NCBI GenBank assembly: GCA_015654575.1
Contig: JAATGR010000071.1
Coordinates: 1 to 63,943, forward strand
Length of the DNA stretch: 63,943 nucleotides
Direction of reading: 5' to 3'
Source: Actinomycetales bacterium
Lineage (GTDB): Bacteria > Actinomycetota > Actinomycetes > Actinomycetales > Microbacteriaceae
The notes below the pieces were generated by a model that saw only the letters and a program-made list of their open reading frames with translations, had not been told where the DNA came from and made no database searches. A program made the translations under genes and the position numbers. Positions 37,402-47,054 of this stretch are shown piece after piece; the stretch's first letter is position 1, and each line of letters opens with the position of its first letter.

Positions 37402-38259
37402 ATGCCCACCCCCACCTCTGTCGACGGCGGAACCGCGTCCTCGTCGGTCGACGAGTCGACCGCGGCCGCCCCCGAGTCGCTGCTCGCCTCGGCAGATATG
37501 CCCTCCCAGCGGGAGATCAACGCGGAGATCGCCGGCCTCCACGCCGACGTCGCTGCCCGTGAGGCCGCGGGCGAGAACGTGCCGGCCACGCTGTACGACT
37601 TCGCGCCGTACCGGTCCAGCATCCTGCGCCATCCCACGAAGAACCCCCGACTGGTCGACCCCGAGTCGATCGAGCTGTTCTCCCCGGCGTACGGTCAGCG
37701 CGACGTCGCCAAGATCGAGTCCGACCTGACGCTGCAGCACACCGGCGAGCCGCAGGGCGAGCGCATCACGCTCACCGGCCGCCTGCTCGACAGCTGGGGC
37801 CGCCCGTTGCGCAACCAGCTGGTCGAGATCTGGCAGGCGAACGCCGCCGGGCGCTACATCCATCAGCGGGATCAGCATCCCGCCCCCCTCGACCCGAACT
37901 TCACCGGCGCCGGCCGCACCATCACGAACGACGACGGCGAGTACTTCTTCACGACGATCAAGCCCGGCCCCTATCCGTGGAAGAACCATGTGAATGCGTG
38001 GCGCCCCGCCCACATCCACTTCTCGCTGTTCGGGACCGGCTTCACCCAGCGGATCATCACGCAGATGTACTTTCCCGGTGACCCGCTGTTCGCCCTCGAT
38101 CCGATCTACAACACCATCCGCAGTCAGAAGGACCGCGAGGCGTTGATCTCGACCTATGACCACGACCTGACGGTGCCCGAGTTCTCGATGGGCTACCGCT
38201 GGGACATCGTCGTCGACGGTCCGGATGCGACATGGTTCGAGCCGGAAGAGGAGCACTGA
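37402..38259 (+). CDS. pcaH: Protocatechuate 3,4-dioxygenase beta subunit
   Basis: EIWQANAAGRY, DPNFTGAGR, KPGPYPW, WRPAHIHFS and TQMYFPGDP. Confidence 0.95.
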   Translation: MPTPTSVDGGTASSSVDESTAAAPESLLASADMPSQREINAEIAGLHADVAAREAAGENVPATLYDFAPYRSSILRHPTKNPRLVDPESIELFSPAYGQRDVAKIESDLTLQHTGEPQGERITLTGRLLDSWGRPLRNQLVEIWQANAAGRYIHQRDQHPAPLDPNFTGAGRTITNDDGEYFFTTIKPGPYPWKNHVNAWRPAHIHFSLFGTGFTQRIITQMYFPGDPLFALDPIYNTIRSQKDREALISTYDHDLTVPEFSMGYRWDIVVDGPDATWFEPEEEH

Positions 38260-38260
38260 G

Positions 38261-38899
38261 ATGAGCAGCAACACCGGAACCACGATCAGCCGCCCGGCGG
38301 TGCCCGCTACGACGACTCCGACACGGAAGCGCCGTGTCGCCTCGGCGGGCGAGCCCGTCCTCGACGCCACGGCCGGCCAGACGATCGGACCGTTCTTCGC
38401 GTTCGGGCTGAAGTACGACAAGATGCACGAGGTCGCGTTCCCGCACTCGGCTGGTGCCATCGTCCTCGGCGGCACTCTTTACGACGGGGCGGGCGCGCCC
38501 ATCCCGGACGGCTGCATCGAGATCTGGGGCGCAGACAGCGACGGCACCATCTCGCGGGAGCGTGGTTCCCTGCGTCGCGACGACCACACCTTCACCGGGT
38601 TCGGCCGGTCGTTCACGACCGACGAGGGCCACTACGAGTTCTGGACCCGCAACCCGGGTGCGGCAGGCGGCAAGGCGCCGTTCTTCGCGGCGATCGTCTA
38701 CGCGCGTGGTCTGCCCAACAAGCTGCACACCCGCATCTACCTGCCGGACGATGAGGCGCTGCTCGCGTCCGACCCGTTGCTGGCTTCGCTCGATCCCGCG
38801 GAGCGCGCTACGCTCGTGGCGACCCGAACGCCCTCCGGGCATCTTGTGCACGACATCCACATGCAGGGCGAGAAGGAGACTGTCTTCCTTGCTTTCTGA
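38261..38899 (+). CDS. pcaG: Protocatechuate 3,4-dioxygenase alpha subunit
   Basis: QTIGPFF, FTGFGR, YARGL, HTRIY and QGEKETVF. Confidence 0.93.
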   Translation: MSSNTGTTISRPAVPATTTPTRKRRVASAGEPVLDATAGQTIGPFFAFGLKYDKMHEVAFPHSAGAIVLGGTLYDGAGAPIPDGCIEIWGADSDGTISRERGSLRRDDHTFTGFGRSFTTDEGHYEFWTRNPGAAGGKAPFFAAIVYARGLPNKLHTRIYLPDDEALLASDPLLASLDPAERATLVATRTPSGHLVHDIHMQGEKETVFLAF

Positions 38900-40436
38900 C
38901 GCATTCCCCGGCGGCGATGGTGGAGTATTCGTCGACGAGGGGCTGCTGTCACCGGTGACGGTCGGCTTCGACGCCGACGTGTCCGACACGGCTGTCGTCG
39001 CCGCCCTGGTCAGCGCGGAGACCGCTCTGGTCCGGGCGTGGGGCGCCGTGGGAGTCGCACCGGAGTCCGCCGTGGGCGCAGTCTCCGAAGCGCTCGGCTG
39101 GGCCGGCCAGGGGCAGCCGAGCGAGGCCGGATGGCTCGCACCGCGACGCCTGGCGGCGGCCGCGGTCGCCGGCGGCAACCCGGTCATCCCACTGGTAGGC
39201 ATCCTGCGCGACCGGGTGCCGGTCGACGCGCGCATCTGGGTGCACCGCGGGGCGACCAGCCAGGACATACTCGACTCCGCCCTCATGCTCGTCGCCCGCC
39301 GGGCCGGCCGGCAGGTGCTCACGACGCTCCGCCAGGCGGAGTCGGTGCTCGCCGGGTTCGCGGTCGTGCACCGCGATGACGTGGCCGCCGCTCGAACCCT
39401 CACCCAGCACGCCGTGCCCACGACGATCGGGCTGCGCGCCGCGGGCTGGCTCCGCGGCGTCACCCGCGCCAGGGTGCGGCTGGCCGACGCGGTCGGCGCG
39501 CTTCCCGCGCAGCTCGCCGGCGCGGGCGGGACCCTCGCGTCCTTCGTCGAGATCGCCGGAGCGCCCGCGGCCGCGGCGCTGCCCGCCGCATACGCCGCCG
39601 AGCTGGGACTGTCGACGCCGGCGGCGCCGTGGCACGTGACCCGCTGGCCGGTCACCGAACTCGGCGACGCCCTGACCCAGGCCGTCGACGCGGTCGGCAA
39701 GATCGCGGCCGACGTCGCCACCGCCAGCCGCACCGAGATCGGCGAGCTGGCCGAGGGTACGGGCGGTGGATCGAGCGCGATGCCGCAGAAGCGGAACCCC
39801 GCCGCATCCGTGCTGGTCCGCTCGGCGGCGCTGCGCGCGCCGCAGTTGGCGGCGACGCTGCATCTCGCCGCGGCCTTCGCCGTGGACGAACGCCCCGACG
39901 GATCGTGGCACGCCGAATGGCCGACCCTCCGCGAGCTATTGCGCCTGGCACTGGGCGCGACTGGGACCACCGCCCGTCTGGTGGAGGGCCTTCGCGTCGA
40001 CGAGGAGGCGGTCGCCTGCACCCTCGCCCTCACAGACGGGCTGCTGCTGGCAGAGCGCCTCTCCCTCGTGCTGACCCCCGTGCTCGGCAAGGACGAGGTG
40101 GCCCGCGTGGTCGCCGCCGCGTCCTCCGGCGGCGACCTACACGCCCTCCTCCGCAACGCGCTCGAGGCCGCGATCGACCGGGCCCCCGGCGCTGCGCATC
40201 CCGCGGATGATGTCGAGGCGCTGCTCGATCCCGCGTCCTACCTCGGACTGGCAGGTCTCCTGGTGGACCGTGCGGTGGCCGACGCCCCCTCCGATGCCGG
40301 CGGCGACCCGTTCACCATTCAGGCAGAACCGGGTGCCGAGCGCGTCGAGCCGGCCGCGTCACCCGAATCTGCCGGAGTCGTGCGCAGCCCGACCGATCCC
40401 CCCGCGGACCCATCCGACACCGAGGAGCGCGCATGA
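38889..40436 (+). CDS. pcaB: 3-carboxy-cis,cis-muconate cycloisomerase (start approximate)
   Basis: GGNPVIPLV, VHRGATSQDILD, GGSSAMPQKRNP and WHAEW. Confidence 0.9.
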   Translation: MLSDAFPGGDGGVFVDEGLLSPVTVGFDADVSDTAVVAALVSAETALVRAWGAVGVAPESAVGAVSEALGWAGQGQPSEAGWLAPRRLAAAAVAGGNPVIPLVGILRDRVPVDARIWVHRGATSQDILDSALMLVARRAGRQVLTTLRQAESVLAGFAVVHRDDVAAARTLTQHAVPTTIGLRAAGWLRGVTRARVRLADAVGALPAQLAGAGGTLASFVEIAGAPAAAALPAAYAAELGLSTPAAPWHVTRWPVTELGDALTQAVDAVGKIAADVATASRTEIGELAEGTGGGSSAMPQKRNPAASVLVRSAALRAPQLAATLHLAAAFAVDERPDGSWHAEWPTLRELLRLALGATGTTARLVEGLRVDEEAVACTLALTDGLLLAERLSLVLTPVLGKDEVARVVAAASSGGDLHALLRNALEAAIDRAPGAAHPADDVEALLDPASYLGLAGLLVDRAVADAPSDAGGDPFTIQAEPGAERVEPAASPESAGVVRSPTDPPADPSDTEERA

Positions 40437-41212
40437 CGGTCCCTGCCCTCCGTTTCACCGAGCCCTCCGGCCCGGACGGCGCGCCCCTGCTGGTGCTGGG
40501 GCCGTCGCTGGGCACGAGCACGATCCTCTGGGAGAGCACCCTGCCCCTCCTCCGCGAGCGCTACCGCGTCACCGCCTGGGACCTGCCCGGGCACGGGGCG
40601 TCGCCCGCCGCGTCAGAGCCGTTCACCGTGGCCGAGCTCGCGGATGCGGTCGCCGACGGCGTGCGCAGACTCGGCGCCGACCGCATCCGCTACGCCGGGG
40701 TATCGCTGGGCGGAGCGACCGGCCTCGAGCTGTTGCTGCGCCATCCCGGGCTCGTCGAGTCCGCGGCGATCGTCGCCTCCGGCGCGCAGCTCGGCGATCC
40801 CGACGCCTGGCACGAGCGCGCGGGAAAGACGCGAGCACAGTCGACGTCGTCCTTGATCGTGTCGTCGGGTCAGCGGTGGTTCGCGCCCGACTCCATCGCG
40901 CGCGAACCGGTGCTCTCGGGTCGGCTCTTCCACGCGCTCCAGGATGCCGACGACGAGTCGTACGCACTGTGCTGCGAGGCGCTCGCCGCCTACGACGTGC
41001 GCGATCGGCTCGGCGAGATCACCGCACCGGTGGTGGCGATGTGGGGCGAGGACGACCAGGTCGCTCCAGAGGCGAAGGCCATTGAGATCGCGGACGGCGT
41101 GGCGAACGGTCGCACGGTGCGCATCGCCGACGCCGCGCACCTGCCGCCGGCCGAGCAGCCGGCCGCGGTCGTGGATGCCCTGATCGGGTTCTTCGAGGGA
41201 ACGGCGCGATGA
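40433..41212 (+). CDS. pcaD: 3-oxoadipate enol-lactonase
   Basis: LGPSLGT, DLPGHG, GVSLGG and AAHLPPAEQP; pca context. Confidence 0.88.
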   Translation: MTVPALRFTEPSGPDGAPLLVLGPSLGTSTILWESTLPLLRERYRVTAWDLPGHGASPAASEPFTVAELADAVADGVRRLGADRIRYAGVSLGGATGLELLLRHPGLVESAAIVASGAQLGDPDAWHERAGKTRAQSTSSLIVSSGQRWFAPDSIAREPVLSGRLFHALQDADDESYALCCEALAAYDVRDRLGEITAPVVAMWGEDDQVAPEAKAIEIADGVANGRTVRIADAAHLPPAEQPAAVVDALIGFFEGTAR

Positions 41213-41610
41213 GCCGTCCGGCCGGGAAGGGACTGAGCGACGAGGAACGCTACGACCAGGGGATGACGGTCCGTCGGGCCGTGCTCAGCGACGAGCACGT
41301 CGATCGCTCGATCGCGAACACGACCCCGCAGACGGCCGGCTTCCAGGACTTCATCACCCGCTACGCCTGGGGCGAGGTGTGGTCGCGCCCCAGACTCGCC
41401 CGTCGTGAACGGTCGGTCGCGGTGCTCACCGCGATGATCGCGCTCGGGCACCACGAGGAGTTCGTGATGCACGTCCACGCGGCGCTGCGCAACGGGCTCA
41501 CCGCGGCGGAGATCGAAGAGGTGATCCTGCAGTCGGCGATCTATTGCGGGGTACCGGCGGCGAACACGGCGTTCCGGCTGGCGGCCCCGATCCTCGCGGG
41601 CGCGGACTGA
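41209..41610 (+). CDS. pcaC: 4-carboxymuconolactone decarboxylase
   Basis: FQDFITRYAWGEVWSRP and AIYCGVPAAN. Confidence 0.93.
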   Translation: MSRPAGKGLSDEERYDQGMTVRRAVLSDEHVDRSIANTTPQTAGFQDFITRYAWGEVWSRPRLARRERSVAVLTAMIALGHHEEFVMHVHAALRNGLTAAEIEEVILQSAIYCGVPAANTAFRLAAPILAGAD

Positions 41611-41641
41611 TCCTCGCCTCTTCCGCCGAGGGCAGGCGGTA

Positions 41642-41980
41642 TCAGCCGCGGTTGAGGTCGGCCGCGGCGCGGATCAGCGCGACGAACGCATCCTGGTCGA
41701 AGGCGTCCTGCTCCTGGATGTCGATGGCCCGGCGGGTGCCGGCGTCCAGGCTGGCGTTGAACAGCCCCGCGGGGTCGGGCAACGACGCGCCCTTCGCGAA
41801 GGTGACCTTGATCTTGTCCTTGTAGGTCTCCAGCGTGCAGATCGGTCCTGAGAGCGAGAACGTCGGAACGCCGCCGGGGTTGGAGGGCTTCCGCCACTTG
41901 ACCTCTTCGTCGATCCCGGGCTCCGCCTGTCGGATCAGTGCGCGGACGGTCTCGGTCCGGTCGGTGCGCCAGTCGCTCAT
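41642..41980 (-). CDS. DUF1801 (YdhG-like) protein
   Basis: EEVKWRKPSNPGGVP and TFAKGASLPDPAGLFNASLD. Confidence 0.8.
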   Translation of the reverse strand: MSDWRTDRTETVRALIRQAEPGIDEEVKWRKPSNPGGVPTFSLSGPICTLETYKDKIKVTFAKGASLPDPAGLFNASLDAGTRRAIDIQEQDAFDQDAFVALIRAAADLNRG

Positions 41981-42097
41981 GCTCCCACCGTAGCCAGTGT
42001 GACGCGGGCGCGAGGTCCTGAGGCGATCCTGGATGCGGAGGAGCCGGTGTCGTCCGGGGCGCGGCGTTCCGCGCCAGCTCCGTCGTCGGGGTGCGCA

Positions 42098-42163
42098 TAA
42101 CTCAGGCAGAACAGGGTCTCCGCGGTCGCCCGGGCCCCGGTGGCGGCGATTCTGCCTGAGTTA
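42098..42163. repeat. REP-like palindromic element, family B, copy 1
   Basis: TAACTCAGGCAGAA ... TTCTGCCTGAGTTA, perfect 14-bp arms. Confidence 0.75.
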
Positions 42164-42428
42164 CGAACGCGCGATGCGAGGCTCAGGTCTGGATCCTGAG
42201 GAGTCTGGATGCTGAGGTGGTCCTGGATCCTGAGGAGCCTGCGCGGGGGTGGCTCCGCAAGATCCTCGATCTCCTCAGAATCGACGGCGTACGGATGCCC
42301 GGGATCCGCGCCATCCGAACCCGCCCTCTCACCCGTCGCGATAGGGACGCGAGCGACTCACGCTGTGACGGGCGAGTATTCGGGGCGTCGCGCGTGGCTT
42401 GTCGAGGCGGAGGAGGCGGGCGTAAAGT

Positions 42429-42462
42429 GGTCGCAAAGCGAACGGGCGTTCGCACAGCGAAC
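42429..42462. promoter_or_regulatory. Tandem PcaR operators upstream of pcaI
   Basis: GGTCGCaaaGCGAAC 42429-42443 and perfect GTTCGCacaGCGAAC 42448-42462 (actinobacterial PcaR-type GTTCGC-N3-GCGAAC). Confidence 0.8.
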
Positions 42463-42476
42463 ATCAAGGAGCATGG

Positions 42477-43229
42477 ATGATCGACAAGACCGTCCCCGAC
42501 GTCGAGACGGCCGTCGCGGGCATCCCGGATGGGGCGACCGTCATGATCGGCGGTTTCGGCCGCGCCGGCCAGCCGGTCGAGCTGATCGACGCCCTCATCG
42601 CGCACGGCGCGAAGGACCTCACGATCGTCAACAACAACGCCGGCAACGGCGACGTCGGCCTGGCCGCGCTGCTCGCGACGAAGCGGGTGCGCAAGATTGT
42701 CTGCTCCTTCCCGCGGCAGAGCGACTCCTGGGTGTTCGACGGCCTGTACCGGGCGGGCGAGATCGAGCTCGAACTCGTGCCGCAGGGAAACCTGGCCGAG
42801 CGGATCCGCGCCGCCGGTGCCGGCATCGGCGCGTTCTTCTCCCCGACCGGGGTCGGCACCGAGCTGGCGGTGGGCAAGGAGACGCGCGAGATCCGGGGCC
42901 GGCAGTACGTGCTCGAACACCCGATCTTCGCCGACGTCGCCCTGATCAGCGCCCGCGCGGCCGACCGCTGGGGCAACCTCGTCTACCGCGAGACGGCCCG
43001 CAACTTCGGCCCGATCATGGCCACCGCGGCGGCGACCACCGTCGTGCAGGTCGATGAGATCGTTCCGCTCGGCTCGATCGATCCCGAGACCGTGGTCACC
43101 CCCGGACTCTTCGTCGACCGGGTCGTGGCCGTGGGTCAGCGCGCCTGGCTGCAGGGCGGCACCTTCGTCGGCGGGGTCGACATCGAAGGACGACCGCTGG
43201 TCGCCGATACCGAGGAGGCGGCACGATGA
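42477..43229 (+). CDS. pcaI: 3-oxoadipate CoA-transferase subunit A
   Basis: IGGFG, NNAGNGD, PQGNLAERIRAAGAGI and TARNFGP. Confidence 0.92.
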   Translation: MIDKTVPDVETAVAGIPDGATVMIGGFGRAGQPVELIDALIAHGAKDLTIVNNNAGNGDVGLAALLATKRVRKIVCSFPRQSDSWVFDGLYRAGEIELELVPQGNLAERIRAAGAGIGAFFSPTGVGTELAVGKETREIRGRQYVLEHPIFADVALISARAADRWGNLVYRETARNFGPIMATAAATTVVQVDEIVPLGSIDPETVVTPGLFVDRVVAVGQRAWLQGGTFVGGVDIEGRPLVADTEEAAR

Positions 43230-43888
43230 CCACCCGCATCTCCCGCAACGAGCTCGCAGCACGCATCGCCGCCGACATCCCCGAGGGATCCTTCGTGAAC
43301 CTCGGGATCGGCGCGCCGACGCTGGTCGCGAACTTCCTGCCTGCGGACGAGGAGATCATCCTCCACACCGAGAACGGACTGCTGGGCATGGGGCCCGCGC
43401 CGGAGCCCGGCCGCATCGACCCTGACCTCATCAACGCCGGCAAGCAGCCGGTCACCGCGTTGGCGGGGGCCGCGTACTTCCATCACGCCGACTCGTTCGC
43501 GATGATGCGCGGCGGACACCTCGACGTGTGCGTGCTGGGCGCCTTCCAGGTGTCGCAGACGGGCGACCTGGCCAACTGGTCGACCGGGGCGCCCGGCGCG
43601 ATCCCCGCCGTCGGTGGCGCGATGGACCTCGCCATCGGTGCGAAGGACGTCTACGTCATGACCGATCTGCTCGCCAAGGACGGCTCGTCGAAGCTCGTCG
43701 CCGCCTGCGCCTACCCGCTCACCGGCGTCGGCTGCGTCTCCCGCGTGTACACCGACCACGCCGTCTTCGACGTCACCCCGGCCGGGTTCGCGGTGCGTGA
43801 GGCCTTCGGCGACAACACGATCGAGGAGCTGCGCGCGCTGACCGGGCTAGAACTGGTGGATGCCGCGACATCTGTGGAAGGGAACTGA
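43226..43888 (+). CDS. pcaJ: 3-oxoadipate CoA-transferase subunit B
   Basis: VNLGIGAPT, HTENG, MRGGHLD and VGGAMDL. Confidence 0.92.
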   Translation: MTTRISRNELAARIAADIPEGSFVNLGIGAPTLVANFLPADEEIILHTENGLLGMGPAPEPGRIDPDLINAGKQPVTALAGAAYFHHADSFAMMRGGHLDVCVLGAFQVSQTGDLANWSTGAPGAIPAVGGAMDLAIGAKDVYVMTDLLAKDGSSKLVAACAYPLTGVGCVSRVYTDHAVFDVTPAGFAVREAFGDNTIEELRALTGLELVDAATSVEGN

Positions 43889-43891
43889 ACC

Positions 43892-45067
43892 ATGACCGAA
43901 TCCTTCGTCTACGATGCCGTCCGCACCCCGTTCGGCCGCGCCGCCGGTGCGCTTTCCGGCATCCGCCCCGACGACCTCGCCGCGGTGGTCATGAAGGCGA
44001 TCGTCGAGCGCAGCGGAGTCGACCCCGCGCGAATCGAGGACGTGATCTTCGGCGACGCGAACCAGGCCGGAGAGGACAACCGCGACGTAGCCCGCTTCGG
44101 CGCGCTGCTGGCCGGGTTCCCCACGAGCGTGACCGGCGTCACCGTCAACCGTCTGTGCTCGTCGTCGCTCGAGGCATCCATCCAGGCGGCGCGCGCGGTC
44201 GAGACCGGGGATGCCGACCTGGTGCTCGCCGGCGGTGTCGAGTCGATGAGCCGTGCCCCCTTCATCGTGGAGAAGTCGCCGCGGCCGTGGCCGGCGGTCG
44301 GCAACCAGACTCTGTGGAACACCGCGATCGGTTGGCGCATGACCAACAAGGCACTGCCGACCCACTGGACGATCTCGAACGGCGAGTCGGCGGAGAAGAT
44401 CGCCCGCGAGTTCGGCATCACCCGCGACGCGCAGGACGAGTTCGCGGTGCGTTCGCACCGGCTGGCCGCCGCCGCCTGGGCCGACGGCGTCTACGAGCCG
44501 GAGATCGTGCAGGTTCCCGGCGCCGAGCTCGCCCGCGACGAGGGCATCCGCGACGACACCTCCGTCGAGAAGCTCGCGGGGCTGAAGGCGCTTTTCGCCG
44601 CCGACGGCTCGGGCACCGTGACCGCCGGCAACTCGTCCCCGATCAACGACGGCGCCTCGGCCGTGCTGATCGGCGCCGAGGGAGCGCTGGACGCCGAACC
44701 GCTCGCCCGGATCGCCGGGCGGGCCGCGCACGGCGTCGACCCGGACTACTTCCCGATCGCGCCGATCGAGGCCGCCAACAAGGCGCTCGCCCGGGCCGGT
44801 CGCACCTGGGCGGACGTCGACGTCGTTGAGCTGAACGAGGCGTTCGCGTCGCAGTCGCTCGCGTGCATCGCCGGCTGGCCCGAGCTCGACCCCGCGAAAG
44901 TGAACGTGCACGGCGGGGCGCTCGCCATCGGGCATCCGCTCGGGGCCTCGGGCGGCCGCATCCTCGGCCACGCGGCGCACGAGCTCGCCCGCCGCGGCGG
45001 CGGGGTCGCGGTGGCCGCGATCTGCATCGGCGTCGGACAGGGGCTGGCGGTCGTCCTCGAGCGCTGA
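43892..45067 (+). CDS. pcaF: 3-oxoadipyl-CoA thiolase
   Basis: NQAGEDNR, NRLCSS, NEAFA, GHPLGASG and CIGVGQG. Confidence 0.9.
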   Translation: MTESFVYDAVRTPFGRAAGALSGIRPDDLAAVVMKAIVERSGVDPARIEDVIFGDANQAGEDNRDVARFGALLAGFPTSVTGVTVNRLCSSSLEASIQAARAVETGDADLVLAGGVESMSRAPFIVEKSPRPWPAVGNQTLWNTAIGWRMTNKALPTHWTISNGESAEKIAREFGITRDAQDEFAVRSHRLAAAAWADGVYEPEIVQVPGAELARDEGIRDDTSVEKLAGLKALFAADGSGTVTAGNSSPINDGASAVLIGAEGALDAEPLARIAGRAAHGVDPDYFPIAPIEAANKALARAGRTWADVDVVELNEAFASQSLACIAGWPELDPAKVNVHGGALAIGHPLGASGGRILGHAAHELARRGGGVAVAAICIGVGQGLAVVLER

Positions 45068-45100
45068 GCGCAGGCATCCGTCTTCCTCCCCCTGCGCACC

Positions 45101-45175
45101 ATGTCCCGCTTCGGACCGGGCGATGTCCCCGTTCGGACCGCCTCCGGTACCTCGGATCGGTCCGAACGGGGACAT
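45101..45175. repeat. REP-like palindromic element, family C, copy 1 (extra left arm)
   Basis: ATGTCCCCGTTCGGACCG 45123-45140 / CGGTCCGAACGGGGACAT 45158-45175, plus a variant arm at 45101. Confidence 0.78.
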
Positions 45176-45342
45176 GCCGGCGGTGACCGGGGCGGGGACC
45201 TGGACGTTGACGGAGAGGGAGCCCGATGTCGACGGGGATAACGTCGACCGAGAGGGAACCACACATCGACCGGGGACAGAGTATTGACGGAGCGGGGAAC
45301 CTCGCCTCCGCCGGAGACCGGGCGCGAACGGAGAAGACGGAC

Positions 45343-46122
45343 ATGACCACTGGGCAGGATGCCGCTGCCGGCGAGTTCGTGCAGTCGCTCGCCCGCGGGC
45401 TCGCGGTGATCCGGGCGTTCGACGCCGAGCATCCCGAACTCTCCCTCAGTGACGTCGCCCGCCGGGCCGACCTCACCCGAGCCGCCGCACGCCGCTTCCT
45501 GCACACCCTGGATGCGCTCGGGTACGTGCGCACCGACGGTCGGCTGTTCGCGCTCACCCCGCGCGTGCTGGAACTGGGATCCAGCTACCTTTCCTCGCTC
45601 ACGCTGCCCGAGATCGTGCAGCCGCATCTCGAGCGGCTCTCACGGGAGGTCGACGAGTCGGTGTCCGCGGCCGTGCTCGACGGCACCGACATCGTCTACA
45701 TCGCGCGCGTGCCCACCCGTCGCATCATGAGCGTGCGGATCACGATCGGCACGCGCTTCCCCGCCTCTGCGACGAGCATGGGACGCGTGCTGCTGTCCGC
45801 CCTGCCGCAGGAGGAGCGGGATGCGGCGCTCGCTGCATCCGCCCGCGCGCATCTGACCGACCGCACCCTCACCGACCCGTCGGCGCTGGGGGCGGAGCTC
45901 GACCGGGTGCGGGAGCAGGGCTGGGCGCTCGTCGACGGGGAGCTGGAGGCCGGGCTCCGCGCGGTCGCCGTGCCGGTCCGCGGCCGGGACGGCGCGGTGG
46001 TGGCCGCGGTCAACGTCTCCACCAGCACGACGCGCACCACCCTGGCTCAGGTGCGTGCCACGCTGCTGCCGCCGCTGCGTGAGGCCGCCGCGGCGGTCCA
46101 CGCGGACATCCGCCTGGTCTGA
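45343..46122 (+). CDS. pcaR: IclR family regulator PcaR
   Basis: FVQSLARGLAVIRAF, TRAAARRFLHTL and ATSMGRVLL. Confidence 0.88.
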   Translation: MTTGQDAAAGEFVQSLARGLAVIRAFDAEHPELSLSDVARRADLTRAAARRFLHTLDALGYVRTDGRLFALTPRVLELGSSYLSSLTLPEIVQPHLERLSREVDESVSAAVLDGTDIVYIARVPTRRIMSVRITIGTRFPASATSMGRVLLSALPQEERDAALAASARAHLTDRTLTDPSALGAELDRVREQGWALVDGELEAGLRAVAVPVRGRDGAVVAAVNVSTSTTRTTLAQVRATLLPPLREAAAAVHADIRLV

Positions 46123-46129
46123 CCGAGGC

Positions 46130-46741
46130 TCAGCCGGCGGCTTCCACCGCGACGCGCTTGAGCGACATCCGGTCGATGGCCGCCAGCGCCAGCGCGGAGA
46201 CGATGAAGGCGAGATGGATGACCACCTGCCAGAACACCCCTTCGCTCGTGTACGTCTCGCCGGTGATGGACTCGCCCGAGCCGGACGCTCCGATGTCACC
46301 GACCTCGATGAAGGTGCGCAGCAGGTGGATCGACGAGATCGAGATGATCGAGATCGCGAGCTTGACCTTGAGGATGTTCGCGTTGACGTGGTTGAGCCAG
46401 TCGGGCTGGTCGGGGTGGTCGTCGACCCGCAGTCGGGAGACGAAGATCTCGTAGCCGCCCACGATGACCATGATCAGCAGGTTCGCGATCATCACGACGT
46501 CGATCAGCCCGAGCACCGCGAGCATGATCGTCGACTCGTTCAGGTGGGAGATGTCGCCGAAGACGTCTTCGACGAGGTGCCACAGGTCGACGAGGAAGAC
46601 GACCACGTAGATCACCTGCGCGACGATCAGGCCGAGGTACAGCGGCGCCTGCAGCCAGCGACTGGCGAAGATGATCGACCCCAGCGACAAGGGCCGGCGG
46701 GGCGTGGGGGAGGGGAGGACGGGGTCGGTGTGGATGGACAC
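46130..46741 (-). CDS. TIGR00645/UPF0114 (YqhA-like) membrane protein
   Basis: FASRWLQAPLYLGLI, LIDVVMIANLLIMVIVGGYE and ISSIHLL. Confidence 0.88.
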   Translation of the reverse strand: MSIHTDPVLPSPTPRRPLSLGSIIFASRWLQAPLYLGLIVAQVIYVVVFLVDLWHLVEDVFGDISHLNESTIMLAVLGLIDVVMIANLLIMVIVGGYEIFVSRLRVDDHPDQPDWLNHVNANILKVKLAISIISISSIHLLRTFIEVGDIGASGSGESITGETYTSEGVFWQVVIHLAFIVSALALAAIDRMSLKRVAVEAAG

Positions 46742-47054
46742 ATCGGCCTTTCGTTTCGGCGGCCTTCCGGCTCGGGAGGTCTTACGGTTCGGAACGGGGT
46801 TCGATCCTATGCGACCCGGCTGCGTGAAGAGTGAACGTGCGGCGATCACCCGGGGTGCGCAGAGGCCGGGCGGTCTCGCGCAGGCGGATACCCTCGACGA
46901 GGGGCGTTCTCCAACTATTCGGGCCAGGATGCGACGGGGCACCGGGGCGGCCTCTTCGCCTGTCGTCCACGCTACTCGGGGGACCCCGGCCGAGGGGCAT
47001 CGCGAATGGCGATGCACGGCATGGCGTGGCCGCGTCGGGCTCGTCGTCCGAGCG

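Noticed and set aside
40280-40436. Acidic, Pro-rich C-terminal extension of PcaB
   Set aside because: Low-complexity tail reaching the next start codon; no evidence of a domain.
40433-41610. pcaD and pcaC as a broken pcaL fusion
   Set aside because: Both are complete and joined by an ordinary ATGA overlap; separate genes are common.
42181-42282. GGATCCTGAGGAG-like repeats as a possible CRISPR array
   Set aside because: Units are short, degenerate and irregularly spaced, with no unique spacers and no cas genes.
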